A stretch of DNA of 64,000 nt, taken from Centroscyllium fabricii. Its lineage: Eukaryota. How positions within the stretch are numbered: the first letter of the stretch is position 1; each line of letters opens with the position of its first letter. The stretch spans positions 37,882,001-37,946,000 of the forward strand of contig JBNRSN020000021.1 of NCBI GenBank assembly GCA_051313645.2. The letters are read 5' to 3'. Below, piece after piece: positions 11,524-22,802 of this stretch. A program made the translations under genes and the position numbers. The notes under the pieces were generated by a model. That model saw only the letters and a program-made list of their open reading frames with translations. It had not been told where the DNA came from and did not search any database.

Positions 11524-13775
11524 TAAAACATGTAGAAATTGAGAGTCAAACTTGTGCAAGGAATATAAATTGAATCAGCTGCACAATTAGTGATTCAATT
11601 AGTTTACACCCGGTCCTACTGAAACACATTCTGCTTAATCTCAATTCAACTTTCCAATCTTTTTACCAACCACCATCTATGACGTTGACTGGCCAGTATT
11701 ATTTCAAACTAGGCCATCATGCATTCACCATATTTTTAAGACTGGAGCAGAGAAACAATTGGGGAAAGTTTAACTTTTTAAAACAGGAAGTTTAACTTTT
11801 AAAAACAGGGAATATCGCATCAAGTTAAAATGACCCCAAATGTAATATTGATCAGTAAACACCAGCAGAGCACAGAACCAGGCAGCCACAGTGGGTTAGA
11901 TACAGGGTACTTGTCAAACGAAAGAAAAAAAAATACATTCAGGCTTCTTTGATACCTGCTTGAATGCTGTTCTAGTTACAAATTCCACAACAATTTTCAC
12001 ATAACTAAAACAGGAGAGGAAGACCATTTCTGCCCCTCTTCGACTTTTTTGTCTCACCACCAAGTGGTGGTACAAAAGTAAAGCAATTCAACACATTTCT
12101 TATACAGTAGAGAATGAGAGCAGAAGCAAGACCTCCAAGACATAAACAAGTAACACAGACTATCAAAAGTCATAAACATTTCAGAAAATTCTCGTTTCAG
12201 TAAAGAAAGTCAAATGCCCTGCGAAACTGGATCGGTCCGTTCCAATGAAATTCTCATTTTAATTTGACCCATTAATTTCCCCTTCACAATTGAAATTTGT
12301 TCCTTCCCTAATCTTAGTCAAAAGCTTGCTTATTTTAATAAATTGTTATTAACTTTTTTCCCTTTATAGATGCTGACTGATGTGTCGATTTCCATCATTC
12401 TCCATTTCATTTCCTGTTATTCAATACTGTTTTAGAATTAAATTTTGTATATTATGCCATTAACTTGAAACAGACAGCGAGCGTGATCTGTTCACTTTAG
12501 GCATTATTGCAGATGCAGTTTGCCAAGACATTGGTGATGTATATGGGGTAACTATCTCGTAGGAAACCGTCTGCATATTGCTTTTAGAAGTCGCACTGCA
12601 AGGTTAAACCTGGTTCTGTGCCCATGCCACTGAGGTCTGCATATGTTCCATGAAATAGTGATAGCTTTTGAATGAAAAAACAAACTAGGACACTGAGCCC
12701 ATCGTTGCTCACACAAAATTTAGTCAAGATAAAAGGGGAAAAGAATGAAGTTAATACAGTTAAATTAGCTGACCCTTTACCCACTGCCATCCTCCCTATT
12801 CACACAGAACGAAAGGAGGATTTGTCTCATTGGCTCCGCAACAAGTCCACATGGCACCTTACTGAACTGCAGTAGGTATAAATCTGCAACATTTGCCAAT
12901 TTCATGGGGGGGGGGGTCATAATTTTACATAATCAGGTTAAGACGTTACAGGGTATAGTTGACCTTTTGTAGTTAAGAGGCACATAATTAGATGATTATA
13001 AATTGAGGAAAATCATATTTTGCAAGTAAATACCATTGCTCTTTGTATTTTGTTGACCTACAGGGCTGAGGTTAAAAAAATTCGAAACCAACCTATTCAC
13101 AGGCACCCTTCTCCGTAAAGCCTGTTGAGAAGGAAGAGACCCTAAAAGGAAAGTTATAAGCAGCTTTGCATGGCGTGGAGGACAAGAGTGTTCCTCCGAG
13201 TCCTATAAAGAAAGTCTGGGCCTCTGCAGTTATGGACGCCTCCCTTTCCCACCGATGAGACCACACCAAACCCTCTTACTTGCATGGTGACAGGCTGTCT
13301 TCACCTATCCGAAACTAGCCAGCCGCTCATTCCACCAGTTTGCGGGTGGACAGCTTGCCGGCAGGACGTTAGGCTTAGCTGTTAACTTTCGGCTTCCTGT
13401 GCAGCAGTTAAAATTCCCCTTTAGATGTCAAAATATATTGAGGAAATGCTTGCAAATGGGAAAAGACGACTTGTACGCATTTGGCCAGATTCAAAGATAA
13501 TTTAGACAGCAACATTCATGATCAACATACTCCAACCAGTAGCAGTTGTTGGTTCGTGCTTTCTTAAAATGAATTCCAAGCATCTCTTACTCCACCTAAC
13601 CCCCCCTCCCCCGCCCACCAAATCATAAGTAGATTAGATTTGCTTGGGACTCTTTCCCCTCCAGTCATTACCATTGCAGTTGCAGGCCTTTCTTCCAGTT
13701 GCTGATGAACGGCACTTAAAAACACTGTTGGGTTGGTCAAAGCACTCATTGTACAATTAAAACTGCATGACCATT

Positions 13776-13893
13776 TCAAATTTTTGTTTCTCGTAACTCA
13801 GCGTCAGTTGCTGTGAAGGAGTCTCTAATCTTGAGGAGTTCAGCAGCACAGCGATAGCCAAATACTTTGTTGTACCATTCTGGAGTTCGTCCT
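13776..13893 (-). CDS. DLC-family gene last coding exon
   Basis: ttgcag acceptor; GRTPEWYNKVFGYRCAAELLKIRDSF...RETKI* (TGA at 13776-13778); absent from the ORF track. Confidence 0.92.
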
Positions 13894-14296
13894 CTGCAAG
13901 AAACCAGAGCGCCAGAATGAACGAGAAGCTATGTATTCTAACACTCAGTAATTTCTAGAATTATTCTACAACAACAACTTGCATTTATACGGCACTTTTA
14001 ATGTAGTGAAACATTGCAAGCTTTTAAGGTATGGTACTAACGAACATTTTAGTGAAGGTGCTGCAAACTATTGTTGGTATGTATGCCAATTTTTCATTTG
14101 TAAGATGTCACTCAAACACCAGGTTATAGTCCAACAGTTTTATTTGAAATCACAAGCTTTTGGAGCGCTGCTCCTTCGTCAGGTGAAGTCGTTGGACTAT
14201 AACCTGGTGTTCATAGAATCATAGAAATTTTACAGTGCGGATAAGGGCCATTCGGCCCATCCAGTCCGCACCGGCCCAGAAAAACTCCTCACTGTT

Positions 14297-17188
14297 CTAA
14301 CCCCAGTTGCCCGCACCTGGCCCATAACCCTGTATGTTATGGTCCTTCATGTGCTGGTCCAAGTATTTTTTAAATGTTGTGATGGTTCCTGCCTCCACCA
14401 CCCTCACAGGCAGGGAGTTCCAGTCTTCCACCACCCTCTGGGTAAAGAAATTTCTCCTTACCTCCCCCCTAAACCTCCCCCCCCTGATCTTGAATCTATG
14501 TCCCCTAGTGCTTGACTCTCCCACCAGGGGAAACAATGCCCCTTTGTCTACCCTATCGTGTCCCCTCATGATCTTGTACACCTCAATCATGTCACCCCTC
14601 CACCTTCTTTTCTCCAAGGCAAACAACCCCAGCCTGTCCAGCCTTTCCTCGTAGCATAGGTCCGCCAGACCAGGTATCATCCTGGTAAACCTTCTCTGCA
14701 CCCTCTCCAGGGCAGCCACATCCTTCCTGTAGTGCGGTGACCAGAACTGCACACAGTACTCCAGCTGAGGTCTCACCAGTGTGTTATACAGGTTTAACAT
14801 TACCTCCCTACTTTTGTATACTATGCCCTGGTTAATAAAGGCGAGAATTCCGTATGCCTTCTTAACCACCTTGTTAACGTGTCCAGCAACCTTCAGGGAG
14901 CTGTGCACCTGTACCCCCAGGTCCCTCTGCTCCTCGGTCCTATTTAACGTTTTGTTGTTCATGGTATATTCCCTTACCCCATTTGGTCTACCGAATTGAA
15001 TGACCTCGCATTTCTCTGGGTTGAACTCCATTTGCCATTTTTCTGCCCAATTAACCATTATATCTATATCCTCCTGAAGCCCCTTACTATCCTCATCGTT
15101 GTTTACCACCCTTCCGATTTTCGTATCATCAGCGAATTTGCTGATCGTACCCCCTACTCCCATATCCAAATCGTTGATGTATACTAGAAACAGTAAGGGT
15201 CCCAAAACCGATCCTTGGGGGACGCCACTGGTTACTGGTTTCCAGTCACAGAAGCAGCCCTCTACCATTACCCTTTGTCTCCTATCCCCCAGCCAATTTT
15301 CGATCCACTGTGCCAAGTTACCCTGTATCCCGTGCGCTCTAACCTTTGTTATTAGTCTCCTATGTGGGACTTTATCAAAAGCTTTGCTAAAGTCCATATA
15401 CACTACGTCCACAGTACTCCCTTCATCCACCCTCTTTGTTACTTCCTCAAAGAATTCCAACAGATTGGTCAGGCACGACTTACCTTTGACGAAGCCATGC
15501 TGACTGTCTCTTATTAGACCTTGGTTGTCCAAATGCGAACTGATTTTATCCCTCAGAATTTTTTCCATTACTTTCCCCACTACAGATGTAAGACTGATTG
15601 GCCTGTAGTTGCCCGGTTTGTCCCTACTACCCTTTTTAAACAGGGGTACTACATTAGCCGTTCTCCAGTCCTCAGGCACATCCCCTGACGCGAGAGAGGT
15701 CCTGAAGATTTGGGACAGGGGGCCCGCAAGCTCCTCCCTGGCCTCGAACAGCAGCCTGGGGAACATTGCGTCCGGCCCTGGTGATTTGTCCACCTTTAAG
15801 CCTCCCAAGATTTCTAGAACTTCTTCCCTTGTAATGGTAATATCCTCAATTACCCCCCCTACATTCTGTCCGATTTCGATGTCGGTATCGTCCCTCTCTC
15901 TTGTGAATACTGAAGAGAAGAATTCATTTAGTACCTCCCCCACCTCCTCAGGCTCGACGCACAGCTTTCCGCTATCGTCTTTAATGGGCCCCACCCTTTC
16001 CCTCGTGATCCTTTTGTTTTTTATATAACTATAAAATGCCTTAGGGTTATCCTTGATTTTACCGGCCATTGTAATCTCATGACCTCTCTTGGCTTTTCTT
16101 ATCTCCTTCTTTAAATCCCCCCTATATTTCTTATACTCCCCTAGTGCCTCCTCAGTTTTTAGCCGTTTATATTCATTAAAAGCCCCCCTTTTTTTCTTCA
16201 TTAATTTACATATATCTCTAGACATCCAAGGTTCCCTTTGTTTGTCTCCCCCACCCTTAATTTTTGCAGGAACATGTTCCTCCTGTATCTTCCCGACTTC
16301 CCCTCTGAAGGCCTCCCACTGCTCTGATGCAGATCTTCCTCTGAGGAGATGGCCCCAATCTACTGCGGTTACATCGTTCCTAATTTTATTGAAATCCGCC
16401 TTCCCCCAGTTTAGTATTTTTACCCCTGGTCCATTTTTATCTTTCTCCATTACAATTTTGAAACTAACTGAATTGTGGTCGCTATCCCCGAAGTGCTCCC
16501 CCACTGTTACCTCCTCTATCTGCCCGTCCTCGTTCCCAAGTATTAGGTCTAGTACCGCCCCCCCCCTTGTAGGTGACCCCACATATTGTTTCAAAAAATT
16601 ATCTTGGCTGCATTGTAAGAATGCTGAACCATCCGTGCCCCTCACACTTTGATTCTCCCAGTTGATATTGGGGAAATTAAAGTCCCCTAGTATTGTTACT
16701 TTATTATTTTCACTAATCTTCGTGATTTGTTCACATATCTTATCCTCTACCTCCCCTTTACTGTTTGGTGGTCTATAATATACTCCCAGTAAGGTGCCCC
16801 CCCCTTTTTTATTTTTTACCTCCACCCATAGTGCCTCGTTTGAGGATTCGTCCATTAGGTCGACCCGCCTAATGGCTGTGATTGAATCCTTAATCAGTAT
16901 CGCTACCCCCCCTCCCCTTTTACCCTCGTCCCTGTCCCGCCTGAAAATTCTATACCCCGGAATGTTTAGCTGCCATTCTTGCCCCTCTTTCAGCCACGTC
17001 TCCGTGATAGCTACTATATCATATTCCCATGAGTCAACCAATACCTTTAACTCATCCACTTTGTTAGTTAGACTCCTTGCGTTAAAGTATATGCCTTTCA
17101 TTCTCTGTCCTAAAACTACCTTGTTTTGCTGTCTAGTCTGCTTTCCTTTATTAGGTTGTTGTGTTCCCCTATCCATTATACCTTCCAT
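14297..17188 (-). CDS. CR1 ORF2: APE endonuclease plus reverse transcriptase (963 aa, uninterrupted)
   Basis: YFNARS, ITETW, GDFN and SDHN (EN); [29 protein letters not shown] and FADD (RT). Confidence 0.95.
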   Translation of the reverse strand: MEGIMDRGTQQPNKGKQTRQQNKVVLGQRMKGIYFNARSLTNKVDELKVLVDSWEYDIVAITETWLKEGQEWQLNIPGYRIFRRDRDEGKRGGGVAILIKDSITAIRRVDLMDESSNEALWVEVKNKKGGGTLLGVYYRPPNSKGEVEDKICEQITKISENNKVTILGDFNFPNINWENQSVRGTDGSAFLQCSQDNFLKQYVGSPTRGGAVLDLILGNEDGQIEEVTVGEHFGDSDHNSVSFKIVMEKDKNGPGVKILNWGKADFNKIRNDVTAVDWGHLLRGRSASEQWEAFRGEVGKIQEEHVPAKIKGGGDKQREPWMSRDICKLMKKKRGAFNEYKRLKTEEALGEYKKYRGDLKKEIRKAKRGHEITMAGKIKDNPKAFYSYIKNKRITRERVGPIKDDSGKLCVEPEEVGEVLNEFFSSVFTRERDDTDIEIGQNVGGVIEDITITREEVLEILGGLKVDKSPGPDAMFPRLLFEAREELAGPLSQIFRTSLASGDVPEDWRTANVVPLFKKGSRDKPGNYRPISLTSVVGKVMEKILRDKISSHLDNQGLIRDSQHGFVKGKSCLTNLLEFFEEVTKRVDEGSTVDVVYMDFSKAFDKVPHRRLITKVRAHGIQGNLAQWIENWLGDRRQRVMVEGCFCDWKPVTSGVPQGSVLGPLLFLVYINDLDMGVGGTISKFADDTKIGRVVNNDEDSKGLQEDIDIMVNWAEKWQMEFNPEKCEVIQFGRPNGVREYTMNNKTLNRTEEQRDLGVQVHSSLKVAGHVNKVVKKAYGILAFINQGIVYKSREVMLNLYNTLVRPQLEYCVQFWSPHYRKDVAALERVQRRFTRMIPGLADLCYEERLDRLGLFALEKRRWRGDMIEVYKIMRGHDRVDKGALFPLVGESSTRGHRFKIRGGRFRGEVRRNFFTQRVVEDWNSLPVRVVEAGTITTFKKYLDQHMKDHNIQGYGPGAGNWG

Positions 17189-17211
17189 CTGGGTCCCCTC
17201 CCCCTGCCAAA

Positions 17212-17965
17212 TTAGTTTAAACCCACCCCAACCCGGCTAGCAAACCTTCCCGCAAGGATATTGGTCCCCCTCTGGTTCAGGTGCAATCCGTCCTGCGTGT
17301 ATAGGTTCCACCTTCCACAGAAGTAAGACCAATTATCCAAAAAGCTGAAACCCTCCCTCCTACACCAATCTCTTAGCCACGAATTAAGCTGCTCTATCTT
17401 ACGGTTCCTGTACTCATTAGCTCGTGGCACTGGGAGTAATCCAGAGATTACAACCTTTGGGGTCCTGCTTTTTAGCTTCTTACCTAGCTCCTTAAATTTA
17501 CTTTGCAGGACCTCGTCCCCCTGTTTTCCTATGTCGTTGGTGCCAATGTGGACCACAACTTCTACCTGGTCCCCTGCCCCCCTCAAGATGCCCTGCAGCC
17601 GCTCCGTGACATCCCGGACCCTGGCACCGGGGAGGCAAATAACCATCCTGGTGTCACGTCCGCGGCCGCAGAACCGCCTCTCTGTGCCCCTTACAATTGA
17701 ATCCCCTATTACTACAGCTGGCACACTAGTTTCCCTCCCTTTCTGGGCAGCCCCAGCACCCCCAGTGCCTGGAGGTAGGCTGCTGCCGCCCTCCCCTGGT
17801 GGGTCGTCCCCCTCCACAGTATCCAAAGCGGTATACTTGTTGCTCAGGGGGACGGCCACAGGGGTTCCCTGCACTTCCTTCCTCGCTCTGGCCCTCTTCT
17901 TGGTGGTCAACCATACTTCTTCTAACTGGTCTGTTTTAGTCTTTGGTGTGACCACTCTCTCATAC
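17212..17965 (-). CDS. CR1 ORF1 C-terminal part, SGNH/GDSL esterase domain (5'-truncated)
   Basis: VIGDSIVRG, CLPGARV, HIGTND and DGLH motifs typical of CR1 ORF1 esterase. Confidence 0.85.
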
Positions 17966-18200
17966 GTTGTGTGACTTCTTACATTTGTCCACCCCAGTCC
18001 AACACCTCCACATCTTGGCATTTTTCATTTGGAAGGGAGAGATTTACAGAGACCATTTGCCTCTTGTTTACAAATGCTCTTTTTAATTAAACATAGTTAA
18101 AAGTACAAAATATGTTTCGTCAACTTTAAGTGGCAACAGACTGAATCTGCCACAGCTTTGCCCAGCCAATGCACATGGCTCTTAGTAGCAATGAAGCTCA

Positions 18201-18475
18201 CAGAAACACGGAAGATAGGAGCAGGAGTAGGCCCGTCGAGCCTGCTCCGCCATTTTTGATGAGATCATGGCTGATCATCTAAACCCAGCACCCCCCTCCT
18301 ACCCTCTCCCCATATCGCCCGACACCCCCAACTCCAAGAACTATATCTTACACACATACTCATGGGCAATTTTTAGTATCTCCAATTCACCTAACCTGCA
18401 TGTCTTTGGGTGGTGGGAGGAAACCAGAGTACCTGGGGGAAACCCACACAAACACGGGGAGAACATGCAAACTCA
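18201..18475 (-). mobile_element. Older V-SINE fragment
   Basis: V-domain (GGAAACCAGAGTACCTGGGGGAAACCCAC on +) and CR1-type tail. Confidence 0.7.
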
Positions 18476-18523
18476 CCAGCAACATTTTTAAGGCGGTGGG
18501 GTCAGAGAGCGGTCAGCACAGGG

Positions 18524-19135
18524 ATAGAAACAGAAGATAGGAGCAGGAGTAGGCCATTCGGCCCTTCGAGCCTGCTCCACCATTCAATTAGATCATGACT
18601 GATCTTTCAGATTCAGTACCCTGTTCCCCCCTTCTCCCCATATCCCTTGATCCCTTCAGCATGAAGAAATATATCCAACTCCTTGAACATATTCAATGAA
18701 CTGACCTCCACCGCCCTCTGTGGCAGAGAATTCCACAGGTTCACCACTCTCTGGGTGAAGAAATGCCCCCTCATCTCAGTCCTAAATGGCTTTCCCCTTA
18801 TCCTTAGACTATGGCCCCTGGTTCTGGACTCCCCGACCATCGGGAACATCATTCCTGCCTCCAGTCTGTCCAGGCCTGACAGAATTTTATAGGCTTCGAT
18901 GAGATCCCCTCTCAATCGTCTGAACTCCAGTGAGTATAAGCCCAATCGACTCAATCTCTCCCCATACGTCATTCCTGCCATCCCAGGTATCAGCCTAGTG
19001 AATCTTCGCTGCACTCCTTCCATGGCAAGAACGTCCTTCCTCAGATGAGGCGACCAAAACTGCACACAATACTTGAGGTGTGGTCTCACCAAGGTCTTGT
19101 AGAGCTGCAGCAAGACATCCTTGTTCTTATATTCG
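18524..19135 (-). mobile_element. CR1 3' fragment
   Basis: LQLYKTLVRPHLKYCVQFWSP...FFTQRVVNLWNSLP plus tail. Confidence 0.9.
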
Positions 19136-19657
19136 ATATTTTGGTAACTCCCATTGTTTTACATCCAGGGACAATTTAACTTGGCAATAGATGTGCCACG
19201 CTTTGGTCATAGCCAATTAAAAAATAAATTAAAATTCCAGTTGCCTGATTGGAGACATTCAATCCAAGAAGTAGGGGCTCCAATGCTGGATTAAGTTGTT
19301 ATGGATGTACAGATCATAATAGCTCAGTGAAATAGTGCTCCACATTGAGATTTGTGTTGCCAGCTATTTGCTATGTACAAAAATCACAGAGATGGGTACT
19401 GAGCATCTTTGTGTTAGTACTTTGTTCGCCCGTTTTAAATTAACACATCTCCTGTCTCACCATGAACACTTGTATTCATGTTAAAATTCATAGAATATAA
19501 ACACTGTAATCAATCATATAAAATCTAGTCATTTTGTTTAGTAAAATTGTTACACATTAAAGGAAAGGAGCTCCCTTAGAATCTCTTAATAGCTTATCGG
19601 CACTTGGTTACCCTCTCTTTGAACCCTTTCCCAGTACCTCTAGATCTTTTCATTTAC

Positions 19658-19831
19658 CTGGTGTCTATTCGACAGATGTGAGAGAGCTTGGATTTTGATG
19701 GTCCGGCTGGTTCGATGAGATATTGGGACGTGATCACATTTGCTTGGACTCCTTGTAAAGGAGCTTCTTTGGCATCCACAAAGGTGGCAGCTAACACACA
19801 CATTCCTGTTTGAGAGTCTGTCTGCCAAATC
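19658..19831 (-). CDS. DLC-family gene exon (START domain)
   Basis: IWQTDSQTGMCVL...SQYLIEPAGPSKSKLSHICRIDTR; AG/GT boundaries. Confidence 0.92.
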
Positions 19832-19982
19832 CTGGAAGAAAATAAAAGCACAGTTAAAACACCATTTCGAACTGGCACAGCACACCAGAACGCAGGAGCT
19901 TTATCAACAAATTAATTTATATCCATTTATATATCTGATCTGCTAATTCAAAAGATCAGGCCACCAGCACAACATTTAAATA

Positions 19983-20335
19983 CAGGTTGTGCACCGTTAA
20001 TCCGGCACCCGATGGTCCGGCACCTTCAGTGGTCCGGCACAAATCCATCTGGCCGGCCCACGTGATCCCAGGGATGCTCGCGATGCGCGGGCCTCTCCCC
20101 GACTGGTCTGCACATGTGCAGTGGCCATTTTGAATGGTCTGCGCGGTGGCCATTTTGAATGGTCTGCACATGCGTGGTGGCCATTCTGAATGGTCTGCGC
20201 ATGCGTGGTGGCCATTTTGAATGGTCTGCGCATGCGTGGTGGCCATTTTGAATGGGCTGCGCATGCGCTCCCGAACCTTCAGTGGTTTGGCATCAGCCTG
20301 GTTCCGAGGGTGCCGGATTAACGGTGCACAACCTG
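19983..20335. mobile_element. Tc1/pogo (Tigger-like) MITE with an internal tandem repeat
   Basis: Perfect 28-bp TIR CAGGTTGTGCACCGTTAATCCGGCACCC; TA TSD at 19981-19982 and 20336-20337; about five 30-nt units at 20104-20267. Confidence 0.85.
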
Positions 20336-21004
20336 TACTCAATTTTGTTTATACAGGTTGTTAACCTCATGAAAAGGCACATGCTGTTGCATACCAGTTC
20401 AGTGATTGTGTCAGACCTTTACGTTGCTCAGATAATCATACCAAATATTAAAGGGTTATTTGAGTGATTGGAAACTAAGAAAAAATGATTGAATTGAGTC
20501 AGGGAAAGAGGTGCTTAAGACGAATGAGTGGGCACTCTGGAATCCTTTAGGAATTCCCACAGATAGTGTCCTTATGTTTTATTCATATCACATCAGAGAA
20601 GCTTTGTACATTGTTCTTATTAGCTTTCTTGCTTTGGAACACATGTGGTGGTACTTTTGAGAGCAATGAATTCAAAGTGCTTTTATCCTTTCCAATTCAT
20701 TTGCTTGGATTTCTTTACTGTTTCTCATTGAATTGAATAGCCTGAGCTGCAGACTACTATTGCTAGCAAGTACTTTAAATAAATGTGCTGTTCTTATCTG
20801 CTGACTTCACATTGAATGAATTCCCAGTTTTAAAAACATACCGAGCTAAGGGGGCACAATTATTTGAAGTATGTCACAGCAAGTACTGTGCAACATCTGC
20901 AGCCATTTTTCCCTAGAACTGCATCACCTCAATGTTGTATATCGAACCAAGATATATGGCAACACCACTTGTCCCAGCCATGGAATCCAGATGGTGCCAG
21001 GACC

Positions 21005-21487
21005 ATAAAATCATAGAATGGTTACAGCACAGGAGGCGGCCATTTGGCCCGTCAAGTCCATGCCGGCTTTCTGCAAGAGCAGTTCAGCCAGTCCCAATTC
21101 CCTGCCCTTTCCCCGTAGCCCTGCAAATTTTCAGGTGCTTATCCAATTCCCTTTTGAAAGCCACAATTGAATCTGCCTCCACCACCCTCTCAGGCAGCGC
21201 ATTCCAGATCCTAACCACTCGCTGCGTAAAAATGATTTTCCTCACGTCGCCTTTGGTTCTTCTGCCAATCACCTTAAATCCATTTCCTCTGGTTCTCGAC
21301 CCTTCTGCCAACAGGAACGGTTTCTCTCTATCCACTCTGTCGAGACCCCTCATGATTTTGAACATCTCCATCCAATCTCCTCCCAACCTTCTCTGCTCCG
21401 AGGAGAACAACCCCAGCGTCTCCAGTCTATCCACGTAACTGACTTCCCTCATCCCTGGAACCAATCTTTTAACTCTTTTCTGCATCC
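21005..21487 (-). mobile_element. CR1 3' fragment
   Basis: LGLFSSEQRRLGGD...FTQRVVRIWNALP plus ATTCTATG-type tail. Confidence 0.85.
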
Positions 21488-21961
21488 TTGCTAACTTGCA
21501 ACTCTGTCCCTACACAGATGTTCCAATGCAGATTTCACGATCACCTCCTGTCCCAGGGTTGCTGCAGAATGCAGTGGCCTGTGGGAAGACTGTAGGCTTG
21601 CTCCGTTGTAATGGCGTGGCAAATACTGCAGATATTTTTGTTGTTGTGTTGTCAATAACTAAATGATTCAAATTTTGTGGAATCTCCTTCCTCATTGCAG
21701 TTGCCAGTGGCTGAACCATCACCCAGTACATTTTGGAGCAGATCAAAATAGAAGTCAAGGGAAGGTAACAAATAGACAGACAAAACTGTTGCTTGTGCGG
21801 TAAACAATTTTACAAAATCAGGTTTTCCTCGACAGCACTGCCTGCAGTTCTGAAGTCAGAGCAGAGGATTCTCTCGGAGGAAGCTACTCTACTAAAATGC
21901 ATACTTTTAAAATAGGGTCAGCGCAAGTTTTAAATTTTGAGATTAAACCCTTGTTGCTTAC

Positions 21962-22179
21962 CTCAAAACAGTGTAATCTCTGTCTGGGTGCGGGAATGTA
22001 CTACTGGTGGTGTAATGATATATTTCAGACTCATCATCCAGAGTCTCAATGACCTTTGACTGAAGGAGGTCTTTTTCCCAAAGGTGATGCTCCCTAAGCA
22101 AACGCTTCAGGATCTCCTCTGGTGGCCTTTCCACCTCAATGGACACTTTCCACAGCCGCAAGGGATGGTGGTCATCAAC
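21962..22179 (-). CDS. DLC-family gene exon (START domain)
   Basis: VDDHHPLRLWKVSIEVERPPEEILKRLLREHHLW...PHPDRDYTVLR; AG/GT boundaries. Confidence 0.92.
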
Positions 22180-22540
22180 CTGAAAATATAGATCAATGAA
22201 AGTGAGTCATTCCAACTTGAAGTTCATCAACGTCAAACTTTGTCATTAAATCTGTAATGCTGATATGTGGCTCAGAGGTAATTTTTTTACTCTGATCAGG
22301 AAACTCCCTTTCTTGCCCTCCAGTCTGTCTGTGCTGGGTTAGTTCATCTCAAGCAGGGTAGCAGTATAGGACATGGCATCACTGGTGTAGTTAAAGGAAA
22401 ATCACAGATTTCCTGCTCCTAATCTCTATATATCAACTGGAAGTGCACATGTATAGATATCAGGTTCGAGCTCAGTCCTCCAGAATCAGATACCTCTATG
22501 ACCTGGGACTGAATCCAGTCAAGATGGATAGGATAAGTCT

Positions 22541-22802
22541 CCTTTGTCTCTTAATCTCTCCTGCCTTCCACCCCATCACAGACCTTCCCTTTTGTTCTTT
22601 CCTCCCCTCCCCCCTCTCCCTGGCCCTACACTTGCTTAAAAACCTGTTCCATCTCCAACATTTTCAAGTTCTGATGAAGGGTCATTGACCTGAAACGTTC
22701 ACTGTTTCTCACTCCACGGATGCTGCCTGGCCTGCTGATTATTTCCAGCATTTTCTGTTTTTATTTAAGATTTCCAGCATCAGCAGTGTTTTGCTTTTTA
22801 GT
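22541..22802 (+). mobile_element. Penelope-type element (family A), single arm with hammerhead core
   Basis: CTGATGA A GGGTC-ATT-GACCT GAAACGTT at 22671-22699; 14-bp TSD GATAGGATAAGTCT at 22527-22540 and 22803-22816. Confidence 0.75.

Larger units (their letters stand above)
14212..17965 (-). mobile_element. CR1 LINE, 5'-truncated in ORF1, intact ORF2
   Basis: (ATTCTATG)n tail at 14212-14226; ORF2 and ORF1 as listed separately. Confidence 0.95.
14101..18019. mobile_element. Penelope-type palindromic element (family B) split by a CR1 insertion
   Basis: CACCAGGTTATAGTCCAAC / GTTGGACTATAACCTGGTG arms; sequence resumes at 17966; 12-bp TSD ATTTTTCATTTG at 14089-14100 and 18020-18031. Confidence 0.75.

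Noticed and set aside
12485-12610. LFTLGIIAD..QFA.DI resemblance to the ADPRM phosphoesterase N-terminus
   Set aside because: Short, needs several frameshifts, and no downstream motifs found; a tblastn with ADPRM would be needed to support a pseudogene call
17966-18021. ATG-initiated N-terminus (MPRCGGVGLGW...) of the 269-aa ORF
   Set aside because: It derives from the flanking Penelope-type arm and host DNA; chance in-frame fusion with truncated CR1 ORF1
20104-20267. CRISPR-like periodicity in the tandem arrays (also 34600-34968 and 45930-46040)
   Set aside because: No unique spacers, no cas genes, eukaryotic context
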